A stretch of DNA of 64,000 nt, from contig OX597819.1 in NCBI GenBank assembly GCA_951406725.2, forward strand, positions 100,254,001 to 100,318,000, written 5' to 3'. The notes under the pieces were generated by a model. The model was not told where the DNA came from. It was given only the letters and a program-made list of their open reading frames with translations, and did no database searches. Of the stretch, positions 1-12,247 are shown piece by piece. Source of the DNA: Octopus vulgaris. Taxonomy: Eukaryota. Numbering within the stretch: position 1 is the first letter of the stretch; each line of letters begins with the position of its first letter. Both the position numbers and the translations under genes were made by a program.

Positions 1-129
1 TAACGTTTGCCATCTCAGATAGGATTGAGAAACACTTGGAGAAATCTTACACGATAATTAATTCTCTAAAAGAAACAATAACGTATCTAATTATAAGCTG
101 TCGATTCCAAATTGATCATCTTCTTTGTT

Positions 130-360
130 ACCGAGAATTGGAAATCCGTTGGGTATTGTTTCGACGATGCTTGGAGCTAACGTTATCCGTATTCTTCCAA
201 GTATGAATTCATGGGAAACTTAATAAAATGTTGACAAAATTAAAGCTTTTAATTATCATGGTCCATTCAGATTGATCGATGACATATGTTGCATTAATGA
301 TTTGGAAGAATTTAGGAGAGCATTCAACAAGATATATATACATTCATTTATTTGAATTAA
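130..360 (+). mobile_element. Degraded Penelope-like element (PLE) reverse transcriptase fragment
   Basis: Manual translation gives IGNPLGIVSTMLGANV (from 137; resembles the PLE RT motif IGIPMG..AP.LANL). After a frameshift it gives KAFNYHGPFRLIDDICCINDLEEFRRAFNKIY (242-337; FR.IDD catalytic motif at 266-283). Stops and frameshifts are present. Confidence 0.6.
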
Positions 361-949
361 CAACTTGTTCTGACAAAGCAGTCAGAACTCATTGCTCGAC
401 TTTATACGAGGTGTGACTGATGAACTTTTAATAATCCGGGTAGCTTTATCTATTCCTACAATAATACATCTGAATAATTTGTTATAGAATCACACATATT
501 TAATGTAATTATTGGCAGAAGATTTATTTCTCTTTCAGTAACGCGTTTCTCAAACACGATCATGAGGAAGTACAACTATTGGACTATGTGTGTTCATATG
601 TATGTATTTATAGACATACATGAATGCATGCATACATATATAAATACACACAATGCACGCACAAACACCTACAATACGCACGTGCGCACTCACATACATA
701 CACATCTACACAAACATGCATATAGGCATATGTGTGTAAATATATATGTATGTATATACATATATATATGTGTGCATATATATATATATATATATATACA
801 TGCACATACATAATACACACATATATTTATAAAGACTATAAGGGGTTTCGTTCACTGGTGATCTAGACGAATAGAAATACTGAGTGCTATTATTGGCCAT
901 CGGTTAAGTTCCAAATTCACAGGTGTAGTTAGGGAACCGTATTAGCAGG

Positions 950-1110
950 TATATATTAGAGGAAAAGGACAACACAAACCAAGGCAGGACAAGTATCTCA
1001 AGTCATTTATATTCAAGCCATTTCTAATAAAGTTTTTTCCTTAAAATATTGTAAATGACTTGAAATAACGCCCTGCCTTGGTTTTTGTTGTCCTTTTCCT
1101 TTAATATATA
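950..1110. repeat. Foldback/MITE-like inverted repeat with ~60-bp arms and ~40-bp spacer
   Basis: 950-1011 tatatattagaggaaaaggacaacacaaaccaaggcaggacaagtatctcaagtcatttata matches the reverse complement of 1050-1110 (tatatattaaaggaaaaggacaacaaaaaccaaggcagggcgttatttcaagtcatttaca). The ends are TA-rich. Confidence 0.85.
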
Positions 1111-2477
1111 TGTGTTTGTGTTTGTATGTTTGTGCGTGTGTTTGCATGTGTGTATGTGTGTGTGTGTGTGTAACTCATAATAAAACCATAGTTGTAATAG
1201 TCGAAGTACTTTGCAGCTACCGTTATATCCACGTTTTGTTTTCAGTCTTATATAAAGTTCTTTTATTGTTACTTAGCTATACAAGAGATATAACCGAACA
1301 AAAAAAACAAAAAAAAAAAACAATCAGCAGCGTGCCATTATTTTAACTGTAAGCTATAGGTTGAAGAATATTTGAACTTTCTTATTAATAGACCTGGTGA
1401 CTGACTAGAAGCAATTTAGTTGTCTATTGCCCCTGCCGTGTGAGGGAGAAATCAGCGCAATACTGAAAGTAAATGCCTTTTAGCGTATAAATATTTGGTG
1501 TCGGATGAAAGAATCGCGAATTATTTTTCATGACGCAAAATTTCTGGAGAATTTGCATTAAAGTTTTATGGGAACATATATACATTGCTACGTTGACTAC
1601 ACATTAAAAATCGGGTGACGTGGAGATATACATAAATTTATTTTACTAACATCGTTTCCATAATTAACTATATTAAGGAATAATAGTTATTAATTTTCAG
1701 TCAGGCTATCGTGCAGGAGATATAGATTACACGTATTATAAAGCAGGCGTCTAGGATTAAATCTCCGTTCTCAAACAGCCAAGTTACCACTGTCCTTGAG
1801 AAAATCACGAATTTTGTGCCCTTCAATCTCCACCCAAACTCTCAGATTTCATCCTTATGAAACAATAAATATTTTGTTCAAGTATTTTTTTCTATTGCGT
1901 TTACTATTATCGTTGCTGTCTTCAATATTGTCGTTGTTATTTTTGATATTTTTATTGTTCTTATTGATATTACGATTTCATGACGAATTAGGCAGATTAA
2001 GTGTCTTCCCAATGTGTTTGTTGGCGTCAGACAGTTGTAAGGAATGGATTTGTGCATTGCTCTCTATATTGTGACGTAGACTACATTCATAAATGAAGAA
2101 ACATGATATTCCAAACCTATATCTGAATATATACCTACCTCTCATGTACTTCATATTGTCTCTTTTCCTGGCATTAGCTATCAATTGATACATCTCTCTT
2201 ATCAACTCATTTTACATATTGCATACTTCAAAGTATGTACACGTTCAATATTTGTTTAGTAATCAGTAACATGAGAAGAAAGGATTTAACAAATCTAATA
2301 TATGTGTGTGCGTCTGTGTGTGCTTCTGTGTGTTTGTGTATAAAGGCACACGCGCATATACATATGTACACTCCTCACACACGCACACACACAAATGTAT
2401 ACAAACGTGCATTGCATATATCTTAGTATTTATATATATATATATATGTATATAAATACCTATTCATATACATTATG

Positions 2478-2508
<31 letters not shown>

Positions 2509-2967
2509 CACCCTGTATGTCTGTGTGTTTGTATATATATATGTGTGTGTATGCGTATATATATATATATACATCTTATACATATGCATACATATATATG
2601 TGTATATATGTGCGTGTGTGTGTGTGTATGTATATGTATGGCTTTACGTATGTCTATGTTTATATGTTTGCATACTCATATACGAAAATACTTATATATT
2701 TGATAGATAAATACGCGCAAACGTGCACGTGTTTTCAATGTGGGCGGTGAAGGAATGGTCATGGATGGATGTAATCAAAGATCCCATCGCCGAAATGTCA
2801 TTGCGTAATTCGAAATGATATGTCACATATCTAATTTCATATGTAACAGATACGAGAATATGATAATAGAAGCAGTTGCAGCACCAGCAACAGCTGCAGT
2901 AGCAAGAATAGCCAAATATCTCTGAAAGAATGTGTCCATATCATATATGTGTTAATATAGGTATATA

Positions 2968-3312
2968 AAAAAGGTAAAGACCCCCTGCGGTCATGAGTGA
3001 CCATGGGTTTGCACCTAGAGAGTTACCCTCTGAGGCACAAGTCTGGGCAAGGTTGTTTTTTATGGAAGACCAGTAGTCGCCCATGCATACAGGCCTCCCC
3101 TCTCTACGCCACCAGTGTTATCCAAGGGAAAGACAAAGGTCGATACAGCTTGGCACCTGTGACGTCACAACTCATTTCTACAGCTGAGTGAACTGGAGCA
3201 ACGTGAAATAAAGTGTCTTGCTCAAGAACACAACACGCAGCCCAGTCCGGGATTCGAGCTCACAACCTCACGATCGTAAGCTCGACGCTCTAACCACTGA
3301 GCCATGCGCCTT
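2968..3312 (-). mobile_element. tRNA-derived SINE, family A (full length)
   Basis: The minus strand begins ggcgcatggctcagtggttagagcg...gagctcgaatccc (A and B boxes). Near-identical copy at 63486-63826. TSD ataggtatata at 2957-2967 and 3313-3323. Confidence 0.92.
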
Positions 3313-3314
3313 AT

Positions 3315-3369
<55 letters not shown>

Positions 3370-3439
3370 TATATATACAGATATATGCATACATATGTTT
3401 TTACATACAAACATACATACATATATACATTCATCCATG

Positions 3440-3481
<42 letters not shown>

Positions 3482-3622
3482 CATATATATATGTACATAT
3501 ATATATATATATGTATGTATATATATGTATATATAGATATGTATATATATGTGTATATATATATATATCAATATACATATATAGACAGACATATGCATAC
3601 ATATATACACTCATCCATGCAT

Positions 3623-3660
<38 letters not shown>

Positions 3661-3679
3661 GTATATGTATATATACACG

Positions 3680-3710
<31 letters not shown>

Positions 3711-3848
3711 TTCTTTACTACCCATAAGGGGCTAAACGTAGAGGGGACAAACAAACGGATTAAGCCGATTACATCGACCCCAGTGCGAAACTGGTACTTT
3801 ATTTATCGACCCCGAAAGGATGAAAGGCAAAGTCGACCTCGGCGGAAT
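3711..3848 (-). mobile_element. SINE family B, 3' portion
   Basis: Shares atcgaccccagtgc..ctggtact..tttatcgaccccgaaaggatgaaaggcaaagtcgacctcggcggaat with the copy at 17281-17510. Confidence 0.85.
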
Positions 3849-4733
3849 GCACACAAATATACGCACGCTCACTTAGAAACAATCATACATACTTGCACAC
3901 AAACATATGTCTATTTATGTTTGGATGTGTATGTGTGTTAGCATACCTGTGCGCACATAGCAGAAACATGAAAATATATGTATAGTCTTATATAGGCTCT
4001 GTATAGCTGTATAATTTAGGTGTTTGCTTTGAAATGGAGGGGTCTTACGTTCGATCTTACAGCATGTTATGTTGGATATTTACCAGTTTGCATAGCCTCG
4101 GTTTCACCCAATCTTTATGCATGAAATCATGCAGAAAATACTGTGAGGCAAAGCTATAGTCTAACTGCTCATTTTTACGTTCATTCTTCTTGAGAATCGT
4201 AATATGGTTAATATTTTTATGGTGTGTATAAGAAATTACTTTTAGATGAAGGGCAGCTAATTCTGTTGAGAACAATGGAGACCCATCTACACCTAACCAG
4301 ATAGACACATACATACATACAAATATCTAATTCCTACTAAATTTCATTTAGATTATTGATTAATGAATTATATATTCACTGATTAAGGATGGCTATTATA
4401 ATTGTTTAATAATTATGACAAACAATAATTACTTCAACAACATTTCAAGTTGTCATGTAAATCCAGGTGTTACTCAGTTAAACTTCTTTCTATCTTGTAT
4501 GCTACCATTCTGGATGAGATTCTACCTTTAGCAGGAACCCAGCAGTAAGTGTTTTCAGAATTGCGGGCTGGATTCATGTGTATTTTATATAATGGCAATA
4601 TTCATTTTGGAAATTCACAATCCAGTGAATAATTCTATTTCAAAATATGTTAAGATCTTTTTATTAAGCTTCGCACTGATGAATCCCACACTTTATAGCG
4701 CTTATGTTGTACATATTGATTACTACGCACATA

Positions 4734-5163
4734 CAGGGTGTTCAATCTAAAAGTTGACTCGATTGATTAACTGTCAATATATTGGCTCTCTCTGATTGGC
4801 TCACCATGCCAAATTGATTTCAGCCTTTTTACAGGTGTAACGCATTCATTCGAGATTTCTTTTTATTCGGCTATATCAACGACACTGTGTTTACAAAGAA
4901 TCCGCATACATTTAATGAACTGTGTACGGATACTACTGATATTGTCCAAATATCCCACGTGAAGTTTTGATTAATGTGTTCCAGAACAAACGTCGTCGTT
5001 TCTACAAAGTAGCCGCCAACAATTTCAACACCTTTTGTAACCAGTTTGACGTTGTAACTTTTAAGTGAACATTTTGATAAAAGTAGGATTGTCCATAATA
5101 TTATATATTCTTTATAACTATTAATAAATACAATTGAGTTCAACTTTTAAATTGAATACCCTG
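4734..5163 (+). mobile_element. Internally deleted Tc1/mariner-superfamily element (430 bp) retaining a transposase C-terminal remnant
   Basis: Left TIR cagggtgttcaatctaaaagttgactc; right end reverse complement cagggtattcaatttaaaagttgaactc. TA dinucleotides at 4732-33 and 5164-65. Internal translation DFFLFGYINDTVFTKNPHTFNEL...IPREVLINVFQN...QFQHLL* resembles the DFFLWGYLK...HFQHLL C-terminus of maT/rosa-type transposases. Confidence 0.85.
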
Positions 5164-5295
5164 TAGAACAAGGAAGTTTTAAAAACTTGTGAATGTATAG
5201 GTATAACACATACGTAAAACATCCGTGTGTGTGTTCATATATAAGAAGAATAGCCTTTATATGCATGTTCATTGAATAAACATGTGTCCAAGACT

Positions 5296-6897
5296 TATTG
5301 CTTAGATTCAAGATCTTTCGTATTTTCGTATTTGATTTTTACAGTTGGCTTGTTGTTACAGTTTGCTTGTTTCCAAGGCGATCCAAAGCCACGTATATTT
5401 ATACTGCTATTTTAAGCATGTTCCTATCGAAAGTTGTGTTTTACACACGAAAGGAAGACGAACGAGCAAGAGAGAGAAAGAGTCACTTAATGTCCGAAAG
5501 TTCTTTGCTCTTCACCTCACAGTCTTCTCCCAGAAGGTTGTTGTATAGCTTTTTGGACAGGTATTTCTGAAATCTCCCAACTACATCAGGGTAGAGAGAT
5601 TTGAGGTTGTTGTGTGTGTTCTGTGTTATGTGTATAATTTTAATGTGTTGGGGTGGTGTTGTACATGGGTGATTCTTTGTTTTGTATCATTTTCTGTTAT
5701 ATTGGTGTTTGGCCTAATGTATTCTATTAGGTCTGGGTTGTTAGTGTTTATGGCTATCAACATTGTTGGGGTGTTTGGTGTTAGTGTGTTTATGTTGATG
5801 CTTTTGTTTTCTGCGGGTGTTTTGGTTTCGGGAGTGGTAAACCTCCCTGCTTTGTTTGTCTGTTTCTCTATTCTTTTTGTCCCCCTTTTTCTCCTTCCCC
5901 CTGTGGCCACTTGCTAATCTTCTGTGTCGTCTTCATCTGACGACATGTCGGAGGAATCAGGTGGGAGGGGAAATGTATTAGGGTCTATTTCTGAGTGTGT
6001 TGACTTTGTTGTTGGTGCTGGTTGGTGACAGTTCGGGTGTGGTGCATAGGTTTTGGGGTGAAGTGGGGTATGAGTCTTTTATGTTTTCACTTCCTCCTTT
6101 GAAGTTGTTGTTGGTGGTAATGATGGTGTTGTTTCTGTTCTTGGAGGCGCTGGTGGTGGTGTTGTTTGGTTGGGCTGACTTGTTGGTTGCTGATGTTCCT
6201 TTATTTGTAGAGCTGTCTAATTAGTTGTGCATATGGCGGTGCGTGTAGCAGTGCTGGTGTTTTTGCTCGTTTTTTGGTTTTCTTGTGGTTGTTGTTGTTT
6301 ATCGTGATCTTGTCGTTGTTGTTGCTGTTGTTGTTGTTTCTGTGCTAGTGGGCAATTAATTTGTAAGTGTGCTTTGCTACCACAAGCGTAGCAACGTGGC
6401 TTTCTGCCTTCGACGACCACATGTAAACTCGATTCCTCTCTCAATTGGATTTTATGTGGAATCGTTTCGAAAATCCTCGGATTAATTTGAGCAAGGTTTC
6501 TTGGCCAATCCAGTTTTGCGGGTCCACGACAGCGATTTCCAAGATATGGATTTCGACCTCGATGTCATGGCAATGGCAGATACGAACCATTTTATTTCTA
6601 TTTCAGGAGGCACATACTTTATTTTAATTTTTGTGACCCTACGAGCAAGGTATGTAGGGATCATCAGTAAATTTTCAAATTGGCAGGACTTTGTGGAGAG
6701 GATCTTTGCTGTGTTCAGTTTATTGGGTATTTACTGTATGAGTCTATTCCCGTATGTTTTTGAAGGAGTGCTGCATAGTATTGTGGGTAAATCATAAATC
6801 AGCCATTTCATAATAGTCATGGTTATCTGACCATCGTTCTTGCTTTGTTTTTGTTGATTTTGTTATGGGTCGGTCTTTACAGTTTTTACTTTTTGAT
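5296..6897 (-). mobile_element. Degraded non-LTR ORF1-like (L1/Tx1-type, CCHC knuckle) element with no ORF2 visible
   Basis: Frameshifted minus-strand ORF pieces: IPTYLARRVTKIKIKYVPPEIEIKW; LHVVVEGRKPRCYACGSKAHLQINCP (CX2CX4HX4C at 6352-6393); a Q/T/N-rich linker; and a C-terminal segment at 5626-5910. No endonuclease or RT motifs follow. Boundaries are approximate. Confidence 0.7.
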
Positions 6898-7039
6898 AGA
6901 GCACCGCCCATTTACAATTATTATTCATGTATAAACAAGGGACTGAAAAGAAGCAGCAATGTGCATATATATACAGGAATTTTATAGATATTAATGAAGG
7001 TATATGTGATTAATATGTGATTAAAATTTTACTCACAGG

Positions 7040-7450
7040 TTTGCTTAGTGGTATTTCGCCCGTCCTTATGTTCTGAATTCAAATCCTGCCGAGGTTGAAT
7101 TCGTCTCTCATCCTTTCGTAGTAGATGGATTATGTACTAGTTACGTACTTGGGTCGAAGTAAACGACTTATCCTCTCCCACCAAATTTAAGGTCATATGC
7201 CTACAGTTGAAAGGATTATTATTATCACTATTTGGGCGGTAAGCTGGCAGAATAGTTAGCACTGGGGACAAAATGCTTAGAAGTATTTCGCCTGTCACTG
7301 CTTCTAAGTTCAAATTCTGCTGAGGTCGACTTTGCCTTTCATCCTTTCGGGGTCAATAAATTAAGAACCAGATGCGTACTGAGGTTGATCTAATCGATTA
7401 GCCCCCTCCACCAGAATTTCAGGTCTTGTGATTTTATTAGAAGGGACTAT
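7040..7450 (+). mobile_element. Two tandem SINE family B copies (7040-7220 partial, 7234-7450)
   Basis: ggcggtaagctggcagaatagttagcac...gttcaaattctgctgaggtcgactttgcctttcatcctttcggggtc, repeated with divergence. Confidence 0.85.
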
Positions 7451-7556
7451 CATCATTATTGTTATGTATACATTCACTCACACATATATAGTTATGTACA
7501 CATATGTATGTATATACGTACCGACACACACACATCTCTCTATCCCTCTTTCACCC

Positions 7557-7625
<69 letters not shown>

Positions 7626-8389
7626 ATATGTTTGTATGAACAAAGACTAGTGAGTGCTACTGTGCGTATGCTATAATTGGAAACAATTGTACTTTTACCA
7701 ACGAAGCAGCCAGCTATATTTACAGTGATGGAATTAGATATAAGTTTAATATATCAAATTTACCAGTGATACAATAAACTGGGTGTTACAAGAATACGGA
7801 GGCATATACGCTATAACATTTACACAATGTAAGAAATTTATCATTATCTTTGCATTAAGTTTTAAAATTACTCAAGTGTGGCATCCCGTTCTATCAACTA
7901 CATCCCCATATGGAACACAACAACCAAAAATATATCGATTTGCACTGCCTCCTCTCTACGGCCGAGCACGTTTTACTAAATCTATCTAGAAATATGAGAG
8001 ATGATGACGTATAAGCCCTAAAATATAGCTGTGCAAATTCGTCCGAAAAATAACCGGCATATTAGTCGGTTAGCTTGGATAAGCTTAGATTCCAAACTAC
8101 TAAATCAAGTTTGATGTAGTGTGATAAAATTGACATTAAAATCTTTCGTAATGTGATGGAATTAATTTAAGCATGACTGAAAGTTAGGTGTATGTAAGTA
8201 TGTGAATGTGTGTATGTGTGTGTATGCTTCCTCTGTGTGTGTATATATGTGTGTGCGCGTATGTGAGCAAAAGGGTGATCAAATTGTTCAGGGATCCTTT
8301 TCTTACATAGTTGGCATATTGTCGCTTTTATGTTGATGTGTAGCACTTTATGTATACATTCTATTAAACTATGTATTGACTTTGACAAA

Positions 8390-8628
8390 CCCCTTAACCT
8401 CTTGGGTGTCGTTGGGGCGCTTCAGCCATGTAAGATATCAAGGGCGAGAAAGCCTGGCGGAGACCATCCCTCTCCAATCTAAACTCATTTCTACAGCTGA
8501 CTGGACTGGAGCAACGTGAAATGAAGTGCTTTGCTGAAGAACACAACAGATCGCCCGGTGCAGAGATCGAAACCACAATCTTACGATCGTGAGTTCAGCA
8601 TTCTAATCACGAAGTCACGCGCGTCCAC
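8390..8628 (-). mobile_element. tRNA-derived SINE sharing the family A core but with a different 3' tail
   Basis: Shares ctcatttctacagctga.tggactggagcaacgtgaaat.aagtg.tt.gct.aagaacacaac with family A. The tail at 8390-8480 is unrelated. Confidence 0.75.
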
Positions 8629-9631
8629 TGTATCCCGATACCTCCCCGCCCCATTTATGTGCATCGGTATGTGTTTTAGAACACATTTTGTATGACAGGT
8701 TCTCAATTATATGTGTAGTCGTATTTCTGAGATCAACTGTGCCGTTCATTCTGTTGGGAGTTAATAATTTTTTTTATATATTAAAAACCGTTGAAATTTA
8801 GAGTCGAAGTTATCGACTAAAACAGTTCTCTCAAAATTGCTAGTCTTGCGTTTAAAGTAGAAACAATATGTCGAAAGGTAGATAAGGATGCTAAGACTTG
8901 TGAGTTTCGAAGATTAAACCCTAAGCTTGTTATTCTACGTACAAGGAAACAAACTTGGAGAGGACACTCTCATACTCTGAGTATAGAAGACAGAAAAGGT
9001 AAAGAGGGAAGCTATCTTGAAGTGTTAAAAAATAAGACACTACCTCAGTGAGGTAAAATTAGTTTTCTGTATCTGAAATTTTCTATTATAAATGTATATC
9101 ACAATTAGAAGTTTTAAGAATTTTCTGGATAGGTTAGACTTTGATAATTGCTTTCTTTTAGTAAAAGTTACGTACACCAAGTTAATTGATAAGCAGATGG
9201 TGGGGTTTTTTTGTATACATTATGCATAGAAACTGTTGCATCTCCACTTCTTTCATTTTGGAATGGATATTTCTAATTATTTTATTTGTAAATACACTTT
9301 TACTTATGTTTCCACATGGATTCTTTCGTCTGGCGTTGTACACACACCGAAGAATTTTCAAAAGCTTTTCAGAAAATATTTAAATAAGAACAAGAAATTG
9401 ACACCTCCATCCTCCAAAAAGAAAGAAGAAGAGAAAAGAAAATGATAAAAGTAAACAATGGAAAACCTGCCACATTAAAACAACGTGTGCGTTTTTACAT
9501 GTACTGAACTAAAATAAAAATAATGGTCAACAAGAATTAAAATTACGAAAAGGGTGCTAAATGCTGTGCCAAAGGTACCTGCCGAACAATAATCCTGGAT
9601 ATGAGCGAACGCGCGCACACACACACACACC

Positions 9632-10194
9632 AATTATGGTGTTCCGCTCGTCAGATATGTTGGACAGATCCAGTTATCAGCCGCATTCATCGTGAAGATT
9701 GCCTCACCGCCTTCTTTTGGCCGGGAAAAGGAGGCAGATTTCCTTAGTCTAGTGGATGTATCGAAAGAGGCTAGTGTGCAGGACACGGCTGAAAGGACTG
9801 AAGACCAAGCCCCCATTCACATTTTCAAGTTTCACGGGAAAAGGACAGTGAAGATGGTGAGGGACATACTACTCACCAGTATATTTTGTTGAAATGTAGT
9901 TGTAGGTGGCGAGGATTCCTCGTGTGAATGGGCTTGCTCTTGTAAGGTGAAGGAATTGAGAAGGGGTGAGGCACTTACTGAAGTGCCCCTGGCGGTCGGA
10001 GTAACAAGGACATGTGAGGATTCTTAGTTGTGCCTGCGTGAACACATCGCTTTTGTGGAATTTTTGTTGAATTTTGTTATTATTTGTTCCTATTTCATTT
10101 CTATACAAGAAATTTTGTGCTAAGCCCCATTTGTCCCTTGTGCTGTATTTTCCCTTTTGCTCTGTGCTCGGCCCTTGTAGCCAATAAAGAAAAG

Positions 10195-10195
<1 letters not shown>
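9632..10195 (+). mobile_element. 5'-truncated L1/Tx1-clade LINE 3' end (ORF2 C-terminus, 3'UTR, polyA signal)
   Basis: The degraded translation YVGQIQLSAAFIVKIASPPSFGREKEADFLSLV...IHIFKFHGKRTVK resembles L1/Tx1 ORF2 C-termini. A T-rich 3'UTR follows, then AATAAA near 10183 and an (ATT)n tail. Confidence 0.65.
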
Positions 10196-10262
<67 letters not shown>

Positions 10263-10263
<1 letters not shown>

Positions 10264-10727
10264 GAGTGAGAGAGCAGTGCATGCCATCAAAGTGACAATG
10301 GGGTAAAATATACGAAGCCCAGTATACCCATCATAACTACCCGTCTGATCACGAACATATGTGCACGACATGGAGATTTCATATCAAGATAAACAGCACA
10401 TGATCTTGCAGGTGGGGCCCAGTTAGAATTTTCTTCTGGTCGAGTAACTCATCCCTCTGAAAAGGTCCCTGAATAAGGGTTGTTTAAGGATGTTGAACAA
10501 AACACCCATGTTTCCAGAGGTGAATTATTCAAACCCCAAATAATCCCTCACAACACATGACTATGATGCTCCCCCACTGCTTCTGCTCGTGATCAGAGAT
10601 GCACATATCGCCAACCACTAACGGACATGCTCAACTGGTTAAGGTCAAACAAGTGACATGCAAATCTGTGGTATTGAGCAGAATATTTGCTGTAGCCCTT
10701 CTTTTATACCAAGACAAAACAATGCAC

Positions 10728-10730
<3 letters not shown>
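10263..10730. repeat. ~470-bp interspersed repeat embedded in an (ATT)n microsatellite
   Basis: A complex-sequence block with sharp boundaries, flanked by (ATT)n on both sides. No ORF and no obvious TIR. I recall it as a frequent Octopus repeat (unverified). Confidence 0.5.
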
Positions 10731-10760
<30 letters not shown>

Positions 10761-10811
10761 TAGAGCCAGCTTGTGCCTGGTTTGTGCTGTGATTTGTTGT
10801 GATGCTCGATG

Positions 10812-10816
10812 TTATT

Positions 10817-10854
<38 letters not shown>

Positions 10855-10974
10855 GGAATTGTTTTGTTTCAGATTCCACATATTATTTTTAGGACGTTGT
10901 CATTATTATTAATATTATTATTAATATTATTATATTCTGCAGTTATTAATATTTCATTACATGTTTTGATATTA

Positions 10975-11042
<68 letters not shown>

Positions 11043-11058
11043 TATTATTATATTATTA

Positions 11059-11116
<58 letters not shown>

Positions 11117-11130
11117 CATTATTATTATCA
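10812..11130. repeat. Compound (ATT/TAT)n microsatellite tract
   Basis: Long runs of tattat are directly visible. Confidence 0.95.
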
Positions 11131-12153
11131 TTTTTTACTTTAAAATATATTCATATCAATGACAAGGATAAAGTAAGGATCTTGTGCACGACAGCCGAGA
11201 ATATGAAAATGATGATGATGATTACAATGATGAGAACGACAACGACGGACGATGAACATGATGATGCGCGAACTTTGACACACTAGCAAACGAGTAAGCA
11301 TTCATTAAAACTAATAATATACTCTGTATTTGTATTAAATTAGAGGGAAAAATAATTTTTGAAGATAACCAAAAAATACGATAAAACCAATATAAAAATA
11401 ACAACAACAACAATAATAATAATAAAAGAAAATGTAGGTATTTTTGTAGATAATCTTTTTTAATTTTCTTAATTTTTTTCTTCTCTTTGTATTTTAAAAA
11501 TGTTTCGTTTGTTTTGAGTTTTCTACATAAATTTGCCTTTAGTATTTGCTCGTGTTTTTGTTCCTCTCCCTCCGCTTCTATATTACATAAAGCAGTGTTG
11601 GCATTATTTATGTTGCGTTAACAAAGGAAAGGTAAAGGGAGTGTACGTGCTCGTGGTGGCATGTATATGAATGTATACGCTTGTGTTATGTGTGAGCCTT
11701 GAATGTGTGTGTTTGTGTTAACTGTAGGTGTACGTAATTGTAGAATTGTCGTTTGTCTAAATATACATCTATGTACAAGTAGACCTGTGTTGCATATGCA
11801 CCTATACATGTGTGTGTGTGCGCGTGTCCATGTCCGTGGCTATACGCGTGTGTGTGAGTAGGTATTCTGGTGTCTTCATACACAACTGGGCGTGCATAGA
11901 GACACGGGTATATCCATATATACGCATGTATATACATATATATATATATATGTATACATATAATGTGTGGGTGTTAATGAACAGATATTCATGCATATCA
12001 TTACACACACATATACATGCATACACACATGCACACATACATACATTCATCCATACATACACATATATATATGTATATAAACATATATACGTATATATTA
12101 TATATATATATATATATACAGACGTATATATACATGTATGCATAAGTATATAT

Positions 12154-12247
<94 letters not shown>

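Noticed and set aside
4057-4145. Short segment with splice-like borders on both strands
   Set aside because: No recognisable peptide, and the strand is ambiguous.
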